The notes beneath the pieces are model-generated. The model was not told the DNA's origin and searched no databases. It saw nothing but the letters and a program-made list of their open reading frames with translations. This document shows positions 7,831 through 12,940 of a stretch of 12,940 nucleotides of DNA, in pieces; the stretch's first letter is position 1; every line of letters starts with the position of its first letter. The stretch lies in the IMG/VR virus record IMGVR_UViG_3300045988_172454; one strand, 5' to 3'. The position numbers and the translations under genes are program-made. Origin of the DNA: a virus.

Positions 7831-9957
7831 ATTTATATAACTTGATTTAACACCCATAATAAGTTTTATAAACTCATTATCTAATCCTAAAACATATCCG
7901 GTAGGCTCCATATGTACTCCTGATAACTCAAGATACTTTCCTTTGTTGCCAAGATAATCTATTACTTCACCTTGCATTTCATCATCAATATATGTATGGC
8001 AAAGTTTACCGCTACCTTGTTTTTTCACACCATTATCATTATAAACAGGTGGAAACTCTAATTCATTTTCAAATGCTTTAAATATCTTATCATTAGTTTT
8101 AAATCTACTTCTAAGATAATTAGCACCATTACTTTTAGCAACTCCTGCTATAGTGATATTAATTTCACCGTTTTTTTCAATCATATACCTCTTAGCTCCT
8201 AAAGTTTTAAATCTATCATACATACCTTCATAGTCCCATACTCCTAAAGGCTTTTCAATTCCTTTGATAGTCTTTGGTGAGGCTTTTTTAACATCTATGT
8301 TATAATGTGATAAACATTTATGTATCTTTTCAGTAATACGATTATTATATTTTTCAATGTAATCTTTATGTTTATCAATGTTTAAAACCTTGATACTATC
8401 AGTATCGCTGTATATGTAATCATTTTTAAACTCTAATATACCGGTAAATAAATTACGTCTAGCGTATGCTGTTATCCATACTCCCCAAGGATAATAAAGA
8501 AATCTAGAAAAACTATCATTATATTTTTTTAAATAATCTTCAATTTGATAATTTTCTAATTTTTCTTCATACCATTCATCTTGTAGGGACAAATATTCAT
8601 TAATATCTCTACAGGGGTCGGTTACACACATACCATAGCAAGAATTAATCATACCTTTAGAAACTTGATATTCAGCCTCTTTTCCTTCAACATTCTTTAA
8701 TGTTGTTTTGTCAAAATATAATTTAAGTATCATTTCAATAAAACTTTTAGGTAAATACCCTTTGTAGAATTTTTTAAAATGACTAATCTTCATAGAGTCC
8801 CAAGTATACATTTGTGATACTATAAAGAAATCTTGTTCCGTAAAACTTATTTTTAACAAACTAGCTTCTACAACTCTACCATTATTTAATATATAGTGTT
8901 CTATTTTACTACATCTTGAAAATGATATATAATTTTCAAACTCGCTTGTTGCCCGGATATTTTCAAACTCAATATCAAACATACAACAATAAGTTTTTAA
9001 TAAAGTGATGAACTGTTTGCCACTTTCAATCTTAACAGGTATTGGTTTACTCATCGGAAACTTTTCACTAAGCATTACTGCTGGATACGAAGATGAAAAA
9101 TCGAAACTATGTACCTTTTCAACAACTTTTCCAACATAATTGACATTAGCGTGTGTAAATCCACCTGTATATGTTCTTTTAAGTTGTTTATAGTCATCAA
9201 TATCAATTTTTAATAATCTCATTAAGTGGCTATATTCATATCGTTCTTCACCTTTTAAACACACTGTTCTACAAGCATTACGGACATATCCTGTTTTAGT
9301 TAGGGGTAATCTAGTAATATCACCTAATCTTTCTATCTCTTCTTGAATAAATGCCATTACTACTAATCCATCATTCAGGATATACCCCCATTCAGTATCC
9401 GTAAGAGGTGTTTGTGAATGTCTAATTAGTTCATAATCTAAGTCTCCAACTTTTTTATTTACTTTATATTTAGTAAGGTTTTCACCTAATTTTTCTAGTG
9501 AATACCCCGAAAGTAAATAAGAACAGCGAAACTCTATACCTATTTCAGCTAGTGCATAAAGAGGTTTCCTTGTATCAGTTGCAAAAACTTTGCACCAATC
9601 AAACATTTTTCTAAACCATTGGAACTCATACGCTAAATTATGCACATAAATTATCATCTTATTAATTATAGATAATTCGTAATATTCACATACTCTTTGT
9701 AGAACTTTGAACCATTCATCCCACGTTCTACCTCGTATGCATTTTCCGTTTATTCCAAAAACCCAAGCATACATAGTACATTGTTTTTGGTTTTCTTCAT
9801 TATAAAAGGAACTAGCTTCAATATCAAATACTGAAGCTACATTCAATACATTACAATTTCTTGTTACTATCCAATCAAAAGGCTCTAATAGTTCTTCAAT
9901 ACTATTAAAGAAGTTTTTTGAGTTCATCGGTGAGTAAAATTGAAAGTTCGTCTTCAT
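7822..9957 (-). CDS. Protein-primed family-B DNA polymerase (phi29 gp2-like, 711 aa). I start it at ATG 9957 (RBS AAGGTGA) rather than the GTG at 9966
   Basis: Exonuclease motifs are Exo I FDIEAS, Exo II YVHNLAYEF and Exo III YILNDG. The YxGG motif is YTGGF, motif A is DFSSSYP, motif B is KGMINSCYG and motif C is YSDTDSI. A KxY motif is present as KRY. Confidence 0.9.
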   Translation of the reverse strand: MKTNFQFYSPMNSKNFFNSIEELLEPFDWIVTRNCNVLNVASVFDIEASSFYNEENQKQCTMYAWVFGINGKCIRGRTWDEWFKVLQRVCEYYELSIINKMIIYVHNLAYEFQWFRKMFDWCKVFATDTRKPLYALAEIGIEFRCSYLLSGYSLEKLGENLTKYKVNKKVGDLDYELIRHSQTPLTDTEWGYILNDGLVVMAFIQEEIERLGDITRLPLTKTGYVRNACRTVCLKGEERYEYSHLMRLLKIDIDDYKQLKRTYTGGFTHANVNYVGKVVEKVHSFDFSSSYPAVMLSEKFPMSKPIPVKIESGKQFITLLKTYCCMFDIEFENIRATSEFENYISFSRCSKIEHYILNNGRVVEASLLKISFTEQDFFIVSQMYTWDSMKISHFKKFYKGYLPKSFIEMILKLYFDKTTLKNVEGKEAEYQVSKGMINSCYGMCVTDPCRDINEYLSLQDEWYEEKLENYQIEDYLKKYNDSFSRFLYYPWGVWITAYARRNLFTGILEFKNDYIYSDTDSIKVLNIDKHKDYIEKYNNRITEKIHKCLSHYNIDVKKASPKTIKGIEKPLGVWDYEGMYDRFKTLGAKRYMIEKNGEINITIAGVAKSNGANYLRSRFKTNDKIFKAFENELEFPPVYNDNGVKKQGSGKLCHTYIDDEMQGEVIDYLGNKGKYLELSGVHMEPTGYVLGLDNEFIKLIMGVKSSYINKR

Positions 9958-10456
9958 CGTCTTCACCTTCCAATGCTTCTAAAGTATCATCATACGCATT
10001 AATAATATCTTCAATAATTGCTTCTTCAGTTTTTCCTTGATACATCATATCAAGTATAGTTCCCCATACTTCATATTTATATTTCTCAAAAGTACCTGAT
10101 GTTATCTCATACTGTTTACCATATATTTCCCAAAACTTTTTTTTCGCTTCAGGCGATAATGTTTTCAAGTTATTTTTTATAGGTTCTAATTTTCTTTGTA
10201 CCTCTTTAGCGCCTCTAACAGTACTTGATTTTAATTTTTCTATGTATGATAAATCTCTATAAAGATTTTCTAACTCTTTTCTAGAAAGTTCACTCAGTCT
10301 TTTAGGAATATTTAAACTTCTATATTTTTCTACTGCATATTGAGGTGTTGTTTCTTTATCATATTTCTCAATACGCTCAATTCGTCTTGATACATTTTTA
10401 ATAAGACGCCTAGTCTTTTTTCTAAGCGTCTTATCGTCTCTAGCAAAACTATTCAT
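9905..10456 (-). CDS. Terminal protein candidate (183 aa), immediately upstream of the polymerase and overlapping it by 53 nt
   Basis: Its position is that of phi29 gene 3, next to the polymerase gene. The N-terminus is strongly basic (KTLRKKTRRLIKNVSRRIERIEK). The C-terminal tail is acidic (EALEGEDDEDELS) and could mimic DNA in the polymerase template channel. No alignment could be run. Confidence 0.5.
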   Translation of the reverse strand: MNSFARDDKTLRKKTRRLIKNVSRRIERIEKYDKETTPQYAVEKYRSLNIPKRLSELSRKELENLYRDLSYIEKLKSSTVRGAKEVQRKLEPIKNNLKTLSPEAKKKFWEIYGKQYEITSGTFEKYKYEVWGTILDMMYQGKTEEAIIEDIINAYDDTLEALEGEDDEDELSILLTDELKKLL

Positions 10457-10465
10457 ATTTTACCT

Positions 10466-10846
10466 CTAAAATGGTAAATCTTTTTCATTAAATATGTTTT
10501 CTTTATCATCACCAAATACTGACTCAAGTTTTGCTTCTCTAATTTGTTTCAATTCTTCTTCAGTATATTTAGAAAGTTCAACAACTTTATTAATCCAAAT
10601 TGTAGGATTACCTTGCTTTTTCACACCATTTTTATCAGTGTAGAAATTTCCTTTTTCAATAGATACGTCATCAATATTAATTGTCATATGATACATACCT
10701 TTTTCTTTAGGTGTAGTTAAACATTCTCTAGTAAACTTCACTTTAAACCATTTAGTTTTCACTAGTGTAGTAAAAGCTACAAATGCTTTTCCATCGTTCA
10801 TTTTAATTTCCTTTGCATAAATTGTTAATTTTTGTGTTTTTTCCAT
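10466..10846 (-). CDS. Hypothetical early protein (126 aa), possibly an ssDNA-binding protein
   Basis: It has the RBS AAGGAG. It is Lys-rich and beta-rich (KWFKVKFTRE, TIWINKVVEL) with an acidic C-terminus. Its position upstream of the terminal-protein and polymerase genes matches that of SSB or DBP genes in phi29-like early operons. The assignment is weak. Confidence 0.3.
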   Translation of the reverse strand: MEKTQKLTIYAKEIKMNDGKAFVAFTTLVKTKWFKVKFTRECLTTPKEKGMYHMTINIDDVSIEKGNFYTDKNGVKKQGNPTIWINKVVELSKYTEEELKQIREAKLESVFGDDKENIFNEKDLPF

Positions 10847-10915
10847 AATTTTAATCTCCTTTATTTAATATTTTTTGTTTTTCTTAAACACATTTCAAAT
10901 TGATATAATCTTTTT

Positions 10916-11122
10916 TTAATAACGTCCACGATTTTCACAAATCTCAATCACTGCTTTAATAAACTCAAGCTCAGCTTCATAAAGCTCTAAATCCTTTTCT
11001 TGAATGCTTGATAAAATATCATAGATTTTAACATCTTTCAGCTGATTAATTTTCTCATAGAGTTCTATTCTATGTTTTTCTAAGAAGTTCTTTAATGTCG
11101 GCTTTCCGTCTTTATATGCCAT
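10916..11122 (-). CDS. Hypothetical early protein (68 aa, helical with a coiled-coil-like character)
   Basis: It has the RBS GGAGGTGA and its start overlaps the upstream stop (TAATG at 11120-11124). Confidence 0.45.
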   Translation of the reverse strand: MAYKDGKPTLKNFLEKHRIELYEKINQLKDVKIYDILSSIQEKDLELYEAELEFIKAVIEICENRGRY

Positions 11123-11346
11123 TATATCACCTCCTTCCTCGTTAAGAATATACCATTAGGTTTAAAGATATATATTATATCTTCTTCTTTAATGCTTTCA
11201 AATGATTTAATATTATTAGGGTCAAGGTCAATCAATATTACTCTATCACCTACTTTTAAATATGACTTTCCATCTTTAGTTCTAAATGTCATACCTGATT
11301 TTATAGCTTTTTTATCTTTAATAATTTCATATCTTGTATCTTCCAT
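11122..11346 (-). CDS. Hypothetical early protein (74 aa), possibly an AbrB/MazE-like DNA-binding regulator
   Basis: It has the RBS AAGGAG with a 6-nt spacer. The segment KSYLKVGDRVILIDLD resembles the swapped-hairpin pattern of AbrB/MazE (a weak call). It is the first gene downstream of the 360-bp regulatory region. Confidence 0.4.
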   Translation of the reverse strand: MEDTRYEIIKDKKAIKSGMTFRTKDGKSYLKVGDRVILIDLDPNNIKSFESIKEEDIIYIFKPNGIFLTRKEVI

Positions 11347-11492
11347 ATATACTCCTTATAATTTAATTTAATTCGGATTTTTATTTTAGGGTCTCACTTT
11401 TTTCAAAGTTTTCAACCAATTTCTTAATATTTTTATTCTAAAACTTTTTCAATTTTCTCAAACACGAAACTTTTTTGAAAAGTTTTTGTAGG

Positions 11493-11535
11493 GCTGAAGA
11501 GGGTTTTGGTGAGGGTCGATTTTTTTGCCCTTCAG
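11493..11535 (-). ncRNA. Candidate structured RNA element (GC-rich stem-loop) in an otherwise AT-rich intergenic region. The strand assignment is tentative
   Basis: The window GGGCTGAAGAGGG...GCCCTTCAGG is about 48% GC against a genome average of about 27%. The stem is 8 bp on the minus-strand RNA, because the G.U wobble there is an A-C mismatch on the plus-strand RNA, and the loop is a 25-nt A-rich sequence. It is followed on the minus strand by an AU hairpin (11467-11485). Confidence 0.3.
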
Positions 11536-11606
11536 GTTTTGGCTTGAATATTTGAACATATGAACACTTCATCATATGAACATATTTTCATATGTCTTTT
11601 CTTTGG

Positions 11607-11672
11607 TTTATTTATGTATTTACATATTTGTGTATATACATATTTATGTATTTATATAAATACATATTTATG
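11607..11672. repeat. Internal partial copy of the terminal-repeat units (8-bp and 16-bp units in right-end orientation, plus one inverted unit that creates the 16-bp palindrome GTATTTATATAAATAC)
   Basis: The sequence GTATTTAC.. GTATATACATATTTAT GTATTTAT ATAAATAC matches the right-end ITR units GTATTTAT and GTATATACATATTTAT. Confidence 0.7.
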
Positions 11673-11705
11673 ATGTCCCTTTCTTATTTCCTTAAGTTTT
11701 AGAAA

Positions 11706-11966
11706 TTAAGCGATTCTCTCAACTTGCTTTTGAGAGAAGAAGAATGCTTTTGATTTGAAGAATGAGCCATCGTTCACTTCTTCAGAATCTACTTCAGTTT
11801 TAACTTTTGTTTTCTTTGGAAACCAAATCATACACGCCATTACTGATTTCTCGCCCTTCTTGACTTGATAGCCAAGACGCTTCCAGTCTTTATAAGTTTT
11901 AAGTATTAAATCCTCATCTAGTCCTAATTCTTTTTTTGCTGTTTCGATAATTTGATAATTAGTCAT
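11706..11966 (-). CDS. Hypothetical early protein (86 aa). The ORF-track 99-aa version is an upstream extension
   Basis: The RBS AAGGAGGA lies 8 nt upstream of ATG 11966. The start overlaps the upstream stop (ATGA at 11963-11966), suggesting translational coupling. The protein is basic, Lys-rich and acidic at its C-terminus, so it is a candidate small DNA-binding protein. Confidence 0.5.
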   Translation of the reverse strand: MTNYQIIETAKKELGLDEDLILKTYKDWKRLGYQVKKGEKSVMACMIWFPKKTKVKTEVDSEEVNDGSFFKSKAFFFSQKQVERIA

Positions 11967-12160
11967 TTTTTTTGTCCTCCTTTTAAATAATAATTTTTGA
12001 CACATAATAATTCCATCACGTCAGCATTTTCATTATTTTTTATAAATTCATCATATGTAATAGTTTTAACCGCATTAATGAGTATTAAGTTACCATCCAA
12101 CCCCTCAACGTAGTAATTACCATAGTCATCAGTATAGATTTTTATTGTGCTTTTTTTCAT
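11963..12160 (-). CDS. Hypothetical early protein (65 aa), small and acidic
   Basis: It has the RBS AGGAGTGA with a 7-nt spacer and is coupled to the downstream gene. Confidence 0.5.
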   Translation of the reverse strand: MKKSTIKIYTDDYGNYYVEGLDGNLILINAVKTITYDEFIKNNENADVMELLCVKNYYLKGGQKK

Positions 12161-12177
12161 ATTGTATCACTCCTTTT

Positions 12178-12549
12178 TTAATAATAATAATAATCAACAT
12201 CTACTACGTCATCATAATCAAAATTATTACATTGAATTAAATCTTCATTTACATTATATAGTTCTATTGATAAAGTTGTAACAATATACCCGCCATAAGA
12301 TTTATTAAACTCTTTTGCATTACTCTTTACTACTTCTAAACATTCAAATAAATAATTTGTTGCGGTCAAATGTGTAATATATGGTAAATCATTAATATTA
12401 TTATTATTAATTTTTTCTCTAAAAATAACCCATTCATCACCACATCCGCTATTTGTAAAACTTCCTTGCTTACATACTATATTAACGTATCCTCCTTTCT
12501 TGATTGTTTCTCCAATTACTTTTTGTTGTCTGTCATTAAAATACATCAT
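12178..12549 (-). CDS. Hypothetical early protein (123 aa, Cys-containing), the first gene of the right-end early unit. The 137-aa ORF-track version reads through ITR-type repeats and is an artefactual extension
   Basis: The RBS AAGGAGGA (complement of 12558-12563) lies 8 nt upstream of the ATGATG at 12549. The protein contains CKQGSFTNSGCGDEW. Confidence 0.5.
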   Translation of the reverse strand: MMYFNDRQQKVIGETIKKGGYVNIVCKQGSFTNSGCGDEWVIFREKINNNNINDLPYITHLTATNYLFECLEVVKSNAKEFNKSYGGYIVTTLSIELYNVNEDLIQCNNFDYDDVVDVDYYYY

Positions 12550-12567
12550 TTTATAATCCTCCTTGAT

Positions 12568-12604
12568 GTTTATGTATTTATGTATATACATATTTATTTA
12601 TATG
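12568..12604. repeat. Second internal partial copy of the terminal-repeat units (GTATTTAT followed by GTATATACATATTTAT), in the 5' leader of the first early gene
   Basis: Positions 12574-12597 match the right-terminal units exactly. Confidence 0.7.
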
Positions 12605-12605
12605 T

Positions 12606-12629
12606 GTATCTGAAATCTCTATCAGATAC
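12606..12629. promoter_or_regulatory. Perfect 8-bp inverted repeat GTATCTGA-N8-TCAGATAC at the predicted start of the early transcript. It is a candidate operator or 5'-leader hairpin
   Basis: The inverted repeat is seen directly in the sequence. It lies immediately downstream of the candidate -10 (12636-12641, minus strand). Confidence 0.4.
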
Positions 12630-12635
12630 GCTAAT

Positions 12636-12665
12636 ATTATAAACCTTAACATATTTTGAAATCAA
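12636..12665 (-). promoter_or_regulatory. Candidate right-end early promoter on the minus strand: -35 TTGATT, 18-nt spacer, -10 TATAAT
   Basis: The -35 is the complement of AATCAA at 12660-12665 and the -10 is the complement of ATTATA at 12636-12641. The orientation and position are right for driving the leftward early unit. Confidence 0.35.
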
Positions 12666-12828
12666 GAAAAATCGTAATGAAAACGGTTTCAGTCTTTATT
12701 TTGAGTTGTAATCGATTTTTATTTTTTACCTTTATAGTTTTATAGGGTATATATGAAAATTGATTATAACGCAAAATAGACGTCAAAAATCACATTTGTA
12801 TTTTTGGTTGTCTTTGTATGTTATCGTG

Positions 12829-12940
12829 TTTTATGTATATGTATATATGTATTTATGTATTTATGTATATACATATTTATGTATTTATGTATTTATGTAT
12901 ATATTTAATTATGTATTTATGTATTTATGGTTATGCATTT
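12829..12940. repeat. Right inverted terminal repeat (tandem 8-bp and 16-bp units plus the 12-bp unique terminus GGTTATGCATTT)
   Basis: Its reverse complement, AAATGCATAACC ATAAATAC ATAAATAC ATAATTAAATATATAC ATAAATAC ATAAATAC ATAAATATGTATATAC ATAAATAC ATAAATAC.., matches the left end. Confidence 0.8.

Larger units (their letters stand above)
11347..11705. promoter_or_regulatory. A 360-bp non-coding regulatory hub inside the early unit. It holds phased T-tracts, CATATG repeats, a GC-rich stem-loop and ITR-type repeat units
   Basis: Six-frame translation shows no ORF. T-tracts occur about every 10-12 bp across 11398-11487. A TCATATGA palindrome and two further CATATG cores lie in 11546-11595. 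A GC-rich hairpin lies at 11493-11535. ITR units with the 16-bp palindrome GTATTTATATAAATAC lie in 11607-11672. Confidence 0.6.

Noticed and set aside
9958-9966. GTG start for the polymerase at 9966
   Set aside because: The ATG at 9957 is preceded by AAGGTGA at the right spacing, whereas the GTG has no RBS.
11334-11362. Plus-strand TTGTAT-17-TATAAT promoter-like match pointing into the non-coding hub
   Set aside because: The -35 is weak. TATAAT is expected by chance about every 400 bp at this AT content, and this copy is simply the complement of the AT-rich spacer next to the minus-strand RBS. It is kept only as a remote possibility for an antisense transcript.
11467-11485. AAACTTTT-TTG-AAAAGTTT hairpin as an intrinsic terminator
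   Set aside because: The stem is all A-T with a 3-nt loop, so it is too weak to call a terminator by itself. It is mentioned only as part of the patterned region.
12550-12591. N-terminal 14-codon extension of the 137-aa ORF (MYIHKYINIKEDYK..)
   Set aside because: The extension reads through ITR-type repeat units, and its KED codons are themselves the AAGGAGGA RBS for the ATGATG at 12549.
12640-12830. Small ORFs (22 aa and 8 aa) in the right-end non-coding region
   Set aside because: They are too short, have no RBS, and are low-complexity.
1-12940. Mollicute host (Mycoplasma or Spiroplasma) to explain the lack of a lysin and the low GC
   Set aside because: Trp is encoded by TGG throughout, and long ORFs are uninterrupted by TGA under the standard code. 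A TGA=Trp host is therefore unlikely. Cell-wall-less hosts that use the standard code cannot be excluded.

Overview
The window appears to be a complete linear genome of a very small phi29-like podovirus that replicates by protein priming. It is 12,940 bp, has about 27-28% GC, uses the standard genetic code, and is bounded by imperfect inverted terminal repeats. The first 30 bp, AAATGCATAACCATAAATACATAAATACAT, match the reverse complement of the right end exactly, and each end continues with tandem 8-bp and 16-bp units.

There are two convergent transcription units.
- The left unit, on the + strand (192-7804), carries the late and morphogenesis genes. It begins with a strong sigma-A-like promoter, followed by genes for a small holin-like membrane protein and a phi29 gp10-like portal/connector. 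Next come a lower-collar-like protein, a small beta-rich protein, a phi29 gp8-like major capsid protein and a Tyr/Asn-rich tail fibre or receptor-binding protein. The unit ends with a second tail protein and a gp16-like packaging ATPase with Walker A and B motifs.
- The right unit, on the - strand (12549 down to 7822), carries the early and replication genes. Three small genes are followed by a 360-bp non-coding regulatory region, three more small genes, a 183-aa terminal-protein candidate and a 711-aa protein-primed family-B DNA polymerase.
- A perfect hairpin with a GAAA loop at 7805-7830 sits between the convergent ATPase and polymerase genes and looks like a bidirectional terminator.

The most unusual points are these.
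- Partial copies of the terminal-repeat units occur at two internal sites near the start of each early transcription block, in the 5' leader of the first block (12568-12604) and in the non-coding stretch preceding the second (11607-11672).
- The internal non-coding region contains an isolated stem-loop of about 48% GC that pairs better as a minus-strand RNA, which makes it a candidate structured ncRNA.
- No endolysin, integrase, repressor or tRNA is recognisable, and the genome is roughly 3.5 kb shorter than the Picovirinae I can recall.

All similarity statements rest on motifs recalled from memory, since no searches could be run.
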